From an uncultured Verrucomicrobiae bacterium (GTDB lineage: Bacteria > Verrucomicrobiota > Verrucomicrobiia > Chthoniobacterales > UBA10450): 64,000 bases of DNA. The DNA lies in assembly GCA_963834385.1 (NCBI GenBank), contig CAWIBO010000003.1, positions 352,001-416,000 of the forward strand, read 5' to 3'. Position numbers and translations under genes: made by a program. Position 1 is the stretch's first letter. Each line of letters begins with the position of its first letter. Positions 11,333 through 22,856 of this stretch are shown one piece after another. Under the pieces are notes generated by a model. That model had not been told where the DNA came from, did not search any database, and saw only the letters and a list, made by a program, of their open reading frames with translations.

Positions 11333-13190
11333 ATGATCATTCGTGTAACTTGTGCCGCGCTTGGCGCGGCGGCCGCCGCTCTCCTTCCAGCCTGTCGCCT
11401 CGCGGAAAACGCCGCGCCCGCGACGGAGAAGGTGCCCTGGGCCACTGAGGCGATCTTCTACCAGATCTTCCCGGAACGGTTCCGGAACGGCGATCCGGGC
11501 AACGATCCCACCCGCGACTCGCTCGAGACGCCGGTCGCGCCCGGCCCTGACTGGCGGATCTCTTCCTGGACCGCCGATTGGTACGCGCGGGACGACTGGG
11601 AGAAAATGCTTGGGCCCGATTTCTACCGGCATGGGGTTTTCGACCGGCGTTACGGCGGCGACCTCCAGGGCGTTCTCGAAAAGCTCGATTACCTGAAGGA
11701 CCTCGGGATCAACGCCATCTATTTCAATCCGCTCTTCGCCTCGCGTTCCCTGCACAAGTACGACGGCAACTCCTACCATCACATCGATCCTTACTTTGGC
11801 CCCGACCCGGCGGGAGATATCGCCCTCATGGAAAGGGAGACAGCCGATCCGAAGACGTGGCAATGGACCGCCGCCGACAAACTTTTCCTCGAGGTGATCA
11901 GGCAGGCGCACGCCCGCGGCCTTCGCGTCATCATTGATGGCGTCTGGAATCATACCGGGCGCGATTTTTTCGCCTTCCGCGATCTCCGCCGGAACCAGGA
12001 GCAATCGCCTTACCGTGATTGGTATGCGGTGGAGAGTTTCGACGACCCGGCCACGCGCCGGAACGAATTCGTTTACAAGGGCTGGTGGGGGCACGCCACG
12101 CTCCCGGTGTTCTCTGCTTCCGCGGACGGCACCGACATGCATCCCGGACCGAAAGCCTACATTTTCGAATCGACCCGGCGATGGATGCAGCCCAACGGGC
12201 GGGTGGAGGATGGTATCGACGGGTGGCGTCTGGATGTGGCGGACGAGCGGCCGGCAAAGTTCTGGGCGGACTGGAACGCGCACGTGCGCGAGCTGAACCC
12301 CGCTGCCTACACCACGGCGGAGATCTGGAAGGATGCGGCGGAGCTGGTGCGGGAGGGCGGGTTTTCCGCCTCGATGAATTACAACGCCTTCGCCATCCCG
12401 GCCAAGGGGTTCCTGATCGACCATCAGATCACGGCCTCCGAGTTTGCGCGCCTGCTCGAGGAGCGCCGGGCGGTGTTTCCGCCCGAAGTTGCGGCGGTGA
12501 TGCAAAACCTGATTGATTCGCACGATACCGACCGGATGGCCTCGATGATCGTGAACGGCGGGCGGACGCCCTACCCGGAGCCGGGCAAGATCGAGTTCAA
12601 CACGAACAACAGCCCGCGTTCCTCCGAGACCTACGATATTCGCAAGCCGAACGAGCGGGAACGGGCGGTGCAACGCCTGCTCGTCCTCTTCCAGATGATC
12701 TATCCCGGGTGCACCCATGATCTACTATGGCGACGAAGCGGGTATGTGGGGGGCGCACGATCCCGATGACCGAATGCCGATGGTCTGGGCGGACCTCGAG
12801 TTCGCCCCGCAGACGCTCGACCCGAGAGGCCGGCCGCGAACGGCGGACGAGGTAAAGTTCGACCAGGAGCTGTTCGATTATTATCGGCGCGCGATCTCGC
12901 TGCGCAGAGAACACCACGCGCTGAACCACGGCGATTACGCCACCGTGCTGGCCGATGATGCCCAGGGCTCCCTCGTGGTCCGCCGGCAATCAGAACAGGA
13001 GACCCTGTTCATCGCCCTCAATCGCTCGGAGAAGGAGTCCACTTTGGAGATCGGTCCGATTCCCGGTCGTTTGCAGGTCCTGTTTACCAGCGACAATCCC
13101 ACCGGGGTGCGCGTCGAGCAGATGGAGAAGGGGAGCCGCCTGGTTCTTCCGCCGCTCACCGGGGTGGTCCTGTCGTCCACCAGCGAATGA
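11333..13190 (+). CDS. GH13 neopullulanase/cyclomaltodextrinase-like enzyme, probable lipoprotein (frameshift near 12706)
   Basis: IFYQIFPERFRNGD, GGDLQGV, IDGVWNH, IDGWRLDVA, IDSHDTDR, PMIYYGDE; lipobox-like LLPAC; ORFs 11333..12769 + 12717..13190. Confidence 0.9.
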
Positions 13191-14433
13191 AGGTTCCCGC
13201 GCCAGAGGATTGTTTCTGTGGGTCTGTGGCGGGCTGGCCCTTTGTTTTCTTGGGGCCTGCGGACGGCCGGCGGAGACACGGCCGGTTATTCGCATCTGGC
13301 ACCAGAAGATCAGCGCCGAGCGGGATCTGTTCCACGAGGCGATCGCGCGCTACAACGCGGCGAACCCCGACCGGGTGGTGGAGGCTCTTTACAAGGAGAA
13401 CGAGGAACTGCGCAACCTCTTCGTCATCGCCGGGGTGGCCGGGCAGGGCCCCGAGTTGATTTACGGACCCTCGGATAACATTGGCGTCATGGTGACGACG
13501 CGCACCATCCGTCCGCTGGACGATCTCCTCCCGGCCGATTTTTTTGCACGCTTTGTCCCGCAGGGGGTGGTGAGCTGGGAGGGCCGTCGCTGGCTGGCCG
13601 CGGATCAGATCGGCAACCATCTTACCCTGGTCTACAACCGGGAAATGGTGCCGCGCCCGCCGGCCACTCTGGAGGAGTTGATTGAGATTGGGAAGAAGCT
13701 GACGCGCGACCGCAACGGCGACGGGAAGATGGACGAGTATGGGCTCACCTGGAACTACCGGGAGCCGTTCTTCTTCATTCCTTTCCTGACCGGCTTCGGG
13801 GGATGGGTCATGGATGAGAAAGGGAACCCAACGCTCGACAATGAACAGACGGTGCGAGCGATCCAGTTCGTGCTCGACCTTCGCGACAAGCACGGGATCA
13901 TCCCGAAGGAAGGGGATTACGACATCGCCGACATGCTCTTCAAGGAAAAGCGGACCGCCATGATCATCAACGGAACGTGGTCGTGGGGCGGATACGATGT
14001 GCCCCGGACCAGCATGGTGGCGCCCCTGCCGTTCAACACGGAAACGCAGCTCTGGTGCGAGCCGATGATCTCGCCCAAGGGATACTCGGTGAACGCAAAT
14101 GTGCCGGAGGCGAAGCTGCCCCTGGTGGCGGACGTAATTCGTTACCTGACCAGCGCGGAGTTGCAGGAAGAGATGGCGCGCCGGCTTTCCACCACGCCGG
14201 TGGACAAGAGCGTTCTGGCCTCGCCGGTCATGCGTGAGAACCCGGCCCTGGCCGCCTCCATGGAGCAAATCCAGCACGGCCGTCCGATGCCGATCATGCC
14301 GCAGATGCGCGCGATCTGGGAGGGAATGCGCGGTCCATACCAACTGGTCATGAACGGCTCCATCTCGGCGCGCGAGGCGGCGCGGCGCATGCAGCAGGAA
14401 GCGGAGAAGAACATCGCCGACAGCAATCTCTAG
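13187..14433 (+). CDS. Maltose/maltodextrin ABC transporter substrate-binding lipoprotein (MalE/GanO-like)
   Basis: Lipobox FLGAC; GPELIYGPSD, LVYNREMV, AMIINGTWS, PMPIMPQM. Start is ATG 13187 if one A was dropped (MKGSRARG), otherwise TTG 13210. Confidence 0.85.
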
Positions 14434-14435
14434 CC

Positions 14436-15326
14436 GTGTCCGACCGCACCAAGCTTCGCTTTTTTATCTCGCTCATGCTGACGCCGGCGGCGCTCGTCAT
14501 CATCGCGGTGGTGGCGTTCCCGTTCCTCTTCAACGTCATCCTCTCCTTCTCGAACGCGAACATCTACCATGTGCGCGACTGGCGGCTGATCGGCTTCGAC
14601 CAGTATGTGTCGGTGTTCCGCCAGGGCCTTTTTTGGAGCATTCTCCTGAAGACCGTCGTCTGGACGCTGGTAAACATCGTCTTTCACGTCGGGATCGGCG
14701 TTTTTCTCGCGGTCATCCTTCACCAGCGGTTCATCCGGGCCAAACCCATCTGGCGGGTGCTTCTCATCCTTCCCTGGGCGCTTCCGCAATACATCACCGC
14801 GCTCACCTGGCGCGGGATGTTCAATTACGAATACGGCGCGGTGAATCTTCTCATCACGAAGTATCTGCAGATGCCGGCGGTGGAATGGCTCACCTCGCCT
14901 TTCGAGGCTTTTCTGGCCGTGATCATCACCAACATCTGGCTCGGCTTTCCGTTCATGATGGTGATCGCCCTCGGCGGATTGCAGTCGATCCCGGAGGATC
15001 TCTACGAGGCGGCCGACGTCGATGGCGCCTCCAAGTGGTTCCAGTTCTGGAACATCACCGCGCCCCTGCTCCGGCCGGTCATGATCCCCGCCATCACCCT
15101 TGGTGTCATCTGGACCTTCAACAACATCAACGTGGTCTGGCTTGTCTCGAACATGGGCGAGCCGGCCGATTCGACCCATATTCTTGTCTCCTACGTCTAC
15201 AAGGCGGCGTTTAACATGTATCGCTTCGGCTGGGCTGCTGCGCTCTCCGTGGTCATTTTCGCCATTCTCTTCACCTTCTCGCAGGTCTTCCTGCGGAAAA
15301 CGCGGGCGGCGGAGGCGGTTTACTAA
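14436..15326 (+). CDS. Sugar ABC transporter permease (MalF-like)
   Basis: Multiple TM segments; EAA loop LQSIPEDLYEAADVDGASKW. Confidence 0.92.
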   Translation: MSDRTKLRFFISLMLTPAALVIIAVVAFPFLFNVILSFSNANIYHVRDWRLIGFDQYVSVFRQGLFWSILLKTVVWTLVNIVFHVGIGVFLAVILHQRFIRAKPIWRVLLILPWALPQYITALTWRGMFNYEYGAVNLLITKYLQMPAVEWLTSPFEAFLAVIITNIWLGFPFMMVIALGGLQSIPEDLYEAADVDGASKWFQFWNITAPLLRPVMIPAITLGVIWTFNNINVVWLVSNMGEPADSTHILVSYVYKAAFNMYRFGWAAALSVVIFAILFTFSQVFLRKTRAAEAVY

Positions 15327-17704
15327 GGGCTGGCCTTGTCGCCGGCTTTCTCCGCGCGGACGTAAAAGGCCGCGCTCCGGGCCGGAAGCTTCAGCTCGGT
15401 CCGGCCGTTGGTCACCCGGAGGCTCCCCGGACCAAGAAGGTTGACGTATTCGCCGTCGGCGAGTTCGGGCGCAACTTCAAGGCCTTCTGCAGCGGGCTGG
15501 CGGAGCGATTGAAAGCGCAAAGAAGACGGTCATCCAGCCAGGCGCGCACGAAAACGAGTTCGTCCGCCCCGGCCAGGAGAGTGCGCCGGCTGCCGTAGCG
15601 CAAGGCCGGATGGGCCGCCCGGGCCTTCGCCGCCTTGCGAAAATGTTCCAGGACCTCGCGCTCGGTCGCGGTGACCTCCTCCCCAAAGCGCATGGGACGA
15701 CGATTATCGGGATCGCCCGCGCCGGTCATCCCGAATTCGTCGCCGTAATAGATCATGGGCGCGCCGTCGATCGAAAGGAGGAACGCCTGGGCCAGCTTGA
15801 GCCGGTCGTAGCGCGCCGGATCGTCCACGGTCGGAGGAGAATGCCAACCCACTTCTTCCTCCTTCACTCCCTCGACCGGCAGGTCGCCGTCGGCGTAGGC
15901 CATGAAACGCCCCTTGTCGTGGTTGCCGACCAGCGGCGACATCAACGCCTGCTTGCCATATTGCCGTTCCGAGGAGGTCAGGCTTTCCTCGAGCTGGGAG
16001 AGAGTGCTCCGGTTTTCCGCCAGCGTTTCCCGGATCGAATCATAGAGCGGGAAATCGAACTGGCCGTCGAGCATGTTTGGTCCGACGAAGGATGCGATTC
16101 CTGCCCGGCCGAGGAAAGTTTCGCCCACGAGATAAAAATCCGGTTTCGCCTTTAGGCGGGACCGGAGCGCTTCCCGGAACTTCCACCAGAACTCGTGGGG
16201 GATGTGCTTTACCGCATCGAGGCGGAAGCCATCGAGGTCGTACTGCACCGCCCACCAGATGGCGTTGTCGATCAAAGCCTGCACGGCCGGGTCACGCTCG
16301 AAATCAAAGGTGGGCAGGTACAGGCTCAAACCAGGTGGTGAACTGGTGTTTATCCCAGAGCCGGAGATTCTTGGTGCCGTCGGGCAGCTCGAGCTGGCCG
16401 AACCAGTCGCGATGCTTCTGCCACCAGGGATGCTCGATGTGCACATGATGGAGGACGAGGTCGGCGATGATCTTCATCCCCTCCTGATGCGCCGTTTGCA
16501 CAAGGGAACGGAGGGCGGCCTCGTCCCCGAAATGGGGCTCGACCCGCGTGGGCGAAACCGGCCAATAGCCATGATATCCCGTATACCAGCGGTGGGGCTC
16601 GGGATATTCCTGGTAGGCTTTGTCCGGGTTCTGGTTCAAAGGGGCAATCCAAAGGGTATTGATGCCGAGCTCACGGAAGTAGCCTTCCCGGATCTTCTGC
16701 TCGATTCCTTTCCAGTCGCCCCCATGAAAGTTGGCCGGCGGCTTCACTTCCGGATGTTGGACGGGAGCGTTGTTCTCCTGATTCCCGTCGTGGAAGCGGT
16801 CCGTCAGCGCATAGTAGATGATCGCGTCCTGCCAGCGAAACACCGAAGGGGCCAGGGGGACCCGCACGACATTGGTGATGCCGCCTTCGCGGTCGATTGC
16901 GATCGCCCGAACCCAGCTCCCGGCGGGAAGACTGGGAAGATTCACCGTCAGGATGCGTTTATCAATTTTGGCTGGAAGGGGACGGGCGGAGCCGTCGGGC
17001 AACTCCGCCACGACGGAAGCGGCCTTGAGGTCGCCTTCTGAGGAGCAGCGCAAGCGGATCTGCTTGGAAGAGAAGGCTTCGGCAAAGATGGCGCCGGGAC
17101 GCTCCACCGCCGCGACGTCGGCAATGGAATTCGTTCCTTCGTAGCCGTCCGGCTCGCGGCGCGGATTCGCCGGGTCCGGCTGCCAGGCGCCGTCGACCAC
17201 GAACTTGTAACGGTGACTTCCTGGCGGCAGGGGCAGCGCGAGAAAGAAAGAACCGTCGTCGCGCCGATTTAACGGGTGGGATTCCCGGTTCCAGGCGTTG
17301 AAAGAGCCTGCCACGGTGACCGACTGCACGGTTTTCGGCGCGCGATAGACAAACTCATGTCGGGCCGGTTGCCGCACCGCCACCGTGATCACACTGCGCA
17401 AAGACTTGGCGCCATGCCCGACGGTTATCGGAAGATCAATCAGGCCGGCGGCGTCGTGGGCCACGGTCAGGCGCAGCCTGCCCTGCGCCCGGTCGAGTGC
17501 CGACTGCAATTGCGGATGCTCGCCAACCTCGATGCGCGAATCCGGCAGCGGCTGATGGAAGCGGCGGAGATCGAGGAGGACGCTTCCGCCCGGCTCGACG
17601 AATTGCACCGGGATCGGGCCGAGGAAAAGCGACGGCGGCGCGGCGCAGACCGCGGCGGTCAGCGCAAGAAAGAGAAGGGGAAATCTAAGGCTGAACGGTT
17701 TCAA
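15323..17704 (-). CDS. Secreted GH13 alpha-amylase with N-terminal Ig-like and CBM48-like domains (frameshift near 16324)
   Basis: VAGSFNAWN..YKFVVDGAW (CBM48/AMPK-like); GYHGYWP, DLVLHH, LDGFRLDAVKH, LVGETF, GNHDK, IYYGDE; ORFs 16304..17749 + 15412..16446. Start approximate (TTG 17704). Confidence 0.85.
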
Positions 17705-20226
17705 TCTCGAAAAAGAAGGGCGTGAGCGGGGCCAGGGGTGGGAGACCAAGGGTAATGGGCTGGTCGCCCGCAGAAAGAGGAGCCTTGATCTCGATGTTTC
17801 CAGCCAGCTTTTCCCGCAGGACGAGCCTGCCCGGAGCCGCCGGCCAGCGCGAGAAAGCGCAGCGCCTCGGCCGGCAAAAGAAGAGAGACATCACTCATCT
17901 CGCGGCGGGGATGAAGATTGATCACGCCCAGGAAGCGCTGGTTGGTCGCGGGATCGTGCCGGAGAAAGGCGTAGAGCCAATGTCCGCCCGCTGTCTCACC
18001 CGGGCCGCGGCCAAACTGCGGGTTCTCGTTGTTGGCCGCGTTCAGCGGGAAGAAATCGCCGTCGCGGAAGGCCGGTTCGTTCATCAGCCGGAGAAGGCGC
18101 CCGTAAAAGTCGCGCAGCTCGCGCTGATCATCGAGCATACCGCCGCCGTCGTATTTGCCCCCGTTGACCCAGTTCAGGAAGGCCGGCATCGACCAGTAAT
18201 CAAAGATCGAGGTGCGGGCATCGTCGCCGCCGAACCCTTCCGCGCCATCGGCCGGTTCGCCGACCTCCTGGCCGTGATAAAGCATGATCGGCCCCCGCCC
18301 GATGCCGTAGAGGAGGGCGGAGACCGGGCGACCCACCTCCGGGCCGATTTTGCCCCATTGGTCTTTTGCGGCCAGGCGCACCTCGTCGTGGTTTTCGGCG
18401 TAACGCAGGGAATTTTCGAAGATGAACGGGTTGCTGCGCGCGGCTTCGACGTCGTTGGCCCAGCCTGATCCATCGTAGATGTTCTTGACCGCCTTGTAGG
18501 AAGGATCGTCGTAAACCGCATCAAAGCCGGCGTTGAGAAGGTCAAACATCACATTGGATTTGCCCCCATTCAGACCCGAGATGACCGGGTCGCTTCCCGG
18601 GACCTTGGCCGGGTCGTTATCGTAGGCTTCGGCCACGAAAAAAACGTCCGGGTTGCGTCGGCGCGCCTTCCCGATGGCCCAGGTCCAGAATTCCGGGGGC
18701 ACCATGTGCGCCATGTCGCACCGGAAACCGTCGACCCCGAGCGCCTGCCAGTGCGCCAGGACAGCATCCATTTTCAGCCAGGTATCGGGCACGGGTTTGT
18801 CGGGCGTGAGCGCGTTTGGATATTCGCGGACCGATTTGCCGGAAGCGGTGAAATCGAATCCGTAGTTCAACTTGATCGTCTCATACCAGTCGCCCAGCGC
18901 CGGTTGCCAGCTGACGACATTGTTGCCAGTGACACGCCCAAACTCCTTCTCCGTCGGAAACAAGCCGTCACAGGCGTCGCCCAGGGCGAGGCAGGTGGGA
19001 CTGACCGCCTGGCCCTCCTTGACCGTGGGGAGCCGGAGAGGCGGACCTTCCGGGCCGGGCTTGAGATAAAAGAAATTGTTCAGCGGATCGAAGAATACAT
19101 CCTTCCGGTCGCCCGAGCCGCCATGTGATTGCCTGCCGAAATCGAACTCCGGTTTCACACTCGAGGCGTAGCTGCGGGCGACATGGTTGGGGACAAAATC
19201 GATCAGCGCCTTCATTTGCCGGGCGTGAATGCGTTGCAACAGCGCCTTGAACTCATCCAGTCGCTTTGCGGGATCGCGCGCATAATCTGGACTGACGTCA
19301 AAGTAATCCCGGATGGCATAGGGACTTCCCGCAATCCCCTTGAGCAGGTCGACATCATCCGCCGGTTCGCCCACGGCGGCGTAGTCCGTTCCGGTCGCCT
19401 GCTGGAGCACGCCGGTCAGCCAGAGATGGGTGAAACCCATTTCGCGCAGGGAAGTGAGCGCGGCTTCATTAAGGTCGGCGAATCGGCCGGAACCGTTCTC
19501 AGCCAGGGTGCCGTTCTGTTTCCGCGTCGTCTTGGTGTTACCGAAGAGGCGAACAAGGAGCTGGTAGATCCGGACACGCTCGCCGCCGGCACCCAGCCGG
19601 CTGCGGGGAGCGGAGACCACCTGCTTCGGCTTGGTCAGATCAAGCTCGTGATAATGCGCGATGAACTGGTCGCCCGCGCCGCCGCGCGCAGAGGGATCGC
19701 TGGCGCCATAGAGCCGGCCCCATTCGCCGCCGGAAAAATCCTTCGAGTAAACGACCAGCCGGATCTTCCCGGGCTTGCCGAGGTCGTCCAGGGCGAAGCT
19801 GATCTTCAGCTCCGTATCTTCCCAGAGAATCGGCAGCTCCTCCGAGGTGTCGATGCGGTCGCTCCATTTTTGTTTCTCCCAGACGCGCTTCCAGTCCTCG
19901 GACTTCTCCTTGCCGCTGCGCAGGACAAAAAGATGATCAGCGCGGAAGGGAAGAAAGACGGTGGATCCCTCCTCTCCGGGTGCGAAGGGAAGAACGGCGG
20001 AACCTCCCTCCGGGGTGGTCTGCAGGGCGATAAACACGGTGCGATCGGAGCCGGGCGCGGTCGTTCCCTGCGCGCGATAGTGCAGGGTGAGTTCGTTGCC
20101 TTCCCTGGTGACGAGGATGCGGGCGCCATCGGCCCCGACAAGAGTCGTTCCCTTCTCCTCGGCGCCTGCGAGCGGTAGAGCGGAAAACAAAAGACAAATG
20201 GCGGCCAGGAGCGGGCGAAGAGGCAT
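17685..20226 (-). CDS. Secreted GH13 alpha-amylase-family protein with N-terminal accessory domain (frameshift near 17830)
   Basis: Signal MPLRPLLAAICLLFSALPLAGA; IYQLLVRLFGN, GSPYAIRDY, IDFVPNH, VDGFRCDMAH, FVAEAYD, YAENHDE; C-terminus continues in ORF 17685..17894. Confidence 0.87.
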
Positions 20227-20240
20227 CACGCGTGGCTGCT

Positions 20241-21605
20241 TCAAGCAATCGGGCTCTCGGGCGAGGTGGCGGTCGGCAGCATCCCTTCCTCTTCGGCCGC
20301 CTTCTGCAGGGGTTGCTGGGCGAGCGGCTTGTCGCGAATGAAGAGGGTAAGGAAGGCGGCCACGAGCAGGCAACAGCCGCCGAGGACCACGGCGGTCAGC
20401 CGGTTGACGGCGGGGAAATGTTCCATGACCCGGCTGATGACGATGGCGACGATGATCTGGGGAATGACGATGAAGAAATTGAAGATGCCCATGTAAACCC
20501 CCATGCGATCGGGCGGGAGCGCGCTCGAAAGCATGGCGTAAGGCATGGAAAGGATGGAGGCCCAGGCAATGCCGACGCCGACAAAGGCGGTCAGCAGCAT
20601 CCAGGGCTCGCGCAGGATGCCGACGCTGGCGAGGCCGAGTCCGCCGAGCAGAAGGGAGAAGAAATGAATCCACTTTGCGCTGGCGTGGCGGCCGAGCCAG
20701 AGGAAGACCATCGCGGCGATGAAAGCGACGAAGTTATACTGGGCGAAACAATCGCGCGCGAGGTTAAGGCCCTGCTCGTAGAGAGGCGAACCGGGGTCTG
20801 TCGCGCCCATGATGTTGCGGGCGACGGCCACGGTGAAAAAGATCCACATGCAAAAGAGGCCCATCCAGGTGAAAAACTGGACGGCGGCGAGTTGCTTCAT
20901 GCGGGCGGGCATTTCGCGGAACGCGACCCAGATTTCGCCGAACCCCTCGGCTTGTTTTGCGTTTGAGCGCTTCCATGTCCTCGGGCGGATATTCGCGGGT
21001 GCGTGAAGACCGTCCAGAGCACCGCCACGAGGAAGACGACCGCGCCGACGGTGAAGGCAATGACCACGGTCTCGGGGATGCGCTGCGCGGCGCTGGTCTG
21101 GATGCTGACGCCGGAATCCTGCAGCCAGCCGGGCAGCTTGGAGGCGATGACCGCGCCGGCGCCGATGAAGACCGACTGCATGGCGTAGCCGACGGTGCGT
21201 TGTTCCTCCGGGAGAAGGTCGGCCACGAAGGCGCGGAATGGTTCCATGCTGACATTGACCGAGGCGTCGAGAATCCAGAGCAGGCCGGCGGCCATCCAGA
21301 GGACGCCGCTGTGCGGCATGGCGAGCAGTGCGAGCGAGGAAAGGATGGCGCCGACGAGAAAGTAAGGACGGCGGCGGCCCAGCGCGTCCCCAGGTGCGGT
21401 CGCTCATATGGCCGACGATCGGTTGCACGATCAGGCCGGTGAGCGGCGCGGCCAGCCAGAGGAGCGGGAGCTGGCTTTCGTTGGCGCCGAGGTATTCGTA
21501 GATGGCGGACATGTTCCCCATCTGGAGGCCCCAGCCGAACTGGATGCCGAAGAACCCGAAGCTCATGTTCCAGATCTGCCAGAAGGAAAGCCGGGGGCGA
21601 TTCAT
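20241..21605 (-). CDS. MFS maltose/maltooligosaccharide transporter (MalT/SLC45-like; about 3 frameshifts)
   Basis: LSFWQIWNMSFGFFGIQFGWGLQ, QPIVGHMSDRTW, DASVNVSMEPFRA, MGVYMGIFNFFIVIPQ. Confidence 0.88.
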   Translation of the reverse strand: MNRPRLSFWQIWNMSFGFFGIQFGWGLQMGNMSAIYEYLGANESQLPLLWLAAPLTGLIVQPIVGHMSDRTWGRAGPPPSLLSRRRHPFLARTARHAAQRRPLDGRRPALDSRRLGQCQHGTIPRLRGRPSPGGTTHRRLRHAVGLHRRRRGHRLQAARLAAGFRRQHPDQRRAAHPRDRGHCLHRRRGRLPRGGALDGLHAPANIRPRTWKRSNAKQAEGFGEIWVAFREMPARMKQLAAVQFFTWMGLFCMWIFFTVAVARNIMGATDPGSPLYEQGLNLARDCFAQYNFVAFIAAMVFLWLGRHASAKWIHFFSLLLGGLGLASVGILREPWMLLTAFVGVGIAWASILSMPYAMLSSALPPDRMGVYMGIFNFFIVIPQIIVAIVISRVMEHFPAVNRLTAVVLGGCCLLVAAFLTLFIRDKPLAQQPLQKAAEEEGMLPTATSPESPIA

Positions 21606-21688
21606 GCGCGCAGAAGGATGGTTTTAAGTGGCCGCCGGTGACAAGGTTAAAGTCTGCGAAATTAAACGGAGGAACGCTGTCAGACGCT

Positions 21689-22031
21689 GTAGCGGCGCTG
21701 TCCTCAGCGCATCCCGGTGTCGGAGGCGTGCACCCAGGCTCGACAGAGTCTCGCCCTACCGGGGGGCGTGGGAAGCGTGAATGGTGAATGGTGGATGGTG
21801 AATCGTGAATCGTGTGTGGGGCTGGCCTTCTTCGGTAGGGCGACGCTCCGCGGAGCCTGGGAGCACGCGCCGCCAGCGCACCGGCCAAACGGAGGGACGA
21901 GCTTCCGCTCGTCCATGGACCTGCGGAAGCAGGTCCCTCCGTAAGAGAAAATCAGCCTGTCTCCGTGCCCTCTGTGATCTCTGTGGTGAGTCTGCACCCA
22001 GGCTCGACGGAGTCTCGCCCTACCGGGGGGC
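21689..22031. repeat. Cluster of REP-like GTAG/GGAG hairpins plus 7-mer and 9-mer tandem repeats
   Basis: GTAG-hairpins at 21689-21710(+), 21729-21767(-), 21834-21861(+), 21993-22031(-); GGAG doublet 21889-21942; (GTGAATG/C)x5 at 21777-21813; CTCYGTGnn x3 at 21961-21987. Confidence 0.85.
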
Positions 22032-22812
22032 AGATGGGGACGATGTTTTCCTGGGTTTCGCGGCTGATTTGGAAGCCGTTGAAATAGACATCGTTCTTTT
22101 CGCTGTTCCGGTTGAAAAGCGCCATGCTTTCGATGTTGCCGGTGCCGGCGAGTCTGCGCCCGTTGAGTTTGGTCAGCTTTTTATCCCGCACTGTCTGAAT
22201 CTCGAGATCGTAGGTGTCCGTGCCGGTCAGGGTCACGGTCACGATCACCCCATCGTCCGAGACCGGCACTCCGCTGTCGTGGTTCGTGTCGCCATCGTGG
22301 ACCTGATAATTCGGCTGGCCCTGGTAATGGCCAAATTCAAAACGCGCCCCGGCGTTGTAGTCGCTGACCGCGGCATTGGCCTGGCCGCTGCGCAAAACCA
22401 GACCGGCCGAGCCACCCTCCGAGGTGTCTTTTTCCGATTTCTTTTCAAAGGCTCCCGTCTCCATGAGAAAGGAAAAGGATTCGCCGGGGGCGAGCGGCTG
22501 CGCGAACGGACGAAAAGCGATGGCCTGTTCGAAGCCGTCGCCATTGGCAAAAAGTCCAAAGGCTTTGTTCTCCTTGAGGATGCCGGTGACGTCCCTGTTC
22601 GTCTCCGGGTTGGCGAGGAAGAACCCGGCGAAACGGTTGTCGCCGGCAGCGTCGGTCAGGAGCGTCCAGGCGCCGAAACCGCTCCCACCGTTTTTGCCGG
22701 TCTCCCACACGGAGCCATAGGCGGAATGACTGGCGTCGTCCTCGGCGAGGTTGACCCGTTCGGCGTGGATGACGGCGGTGAGGGTGAGCAGGAGAACGAG
22801 GAAAGTGCGCAT
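21952..22812 (-). CDS. Secreted hypothetical protein, beta-rich
   Basis: Signal MRTFLVLLLTLTAVIHA; AEDDASHSAY..GKNGGSGFGAW; 3' end runs through a REP copy. Confidence 0.75.
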   Translation of the reverse strand: MRTFLVLLLTLTAVIHAERVNLAEDDASHSAYGSVWETGKNGGSGFGAWTLLTDAAGDNRFAGFFLANPETNRDVTGILKENKAFGLFANGDGFEQAIAFRPFAQPLAPGESFSFLMETGAFEKKSEKDTSEGGSAGLVLRSGQANAAVSDYNAGARFEFGHYQGQPNYQVHDGDTNHDSGVPVSDDGVIVTVTLTGTDTYDLEIQTVRDKKLTKLNGRRLAGTGNIESMALFNRNSEKNDVYFNGFQISRETQENIVPICPPVGRDSVEPGCRLTTEITEGTETG

Positions 22813-22856
22813 GGGAAGATAGGTTTGCGTCGTGGCCAGAGCCGGATGGGGAACGG

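Noticed and set aside
21689..22031. CRISPR array or IS element ends
   Set aside because: Mixed orientations and several motif types; no transposase or clear target-site duplication; fits REPs better.
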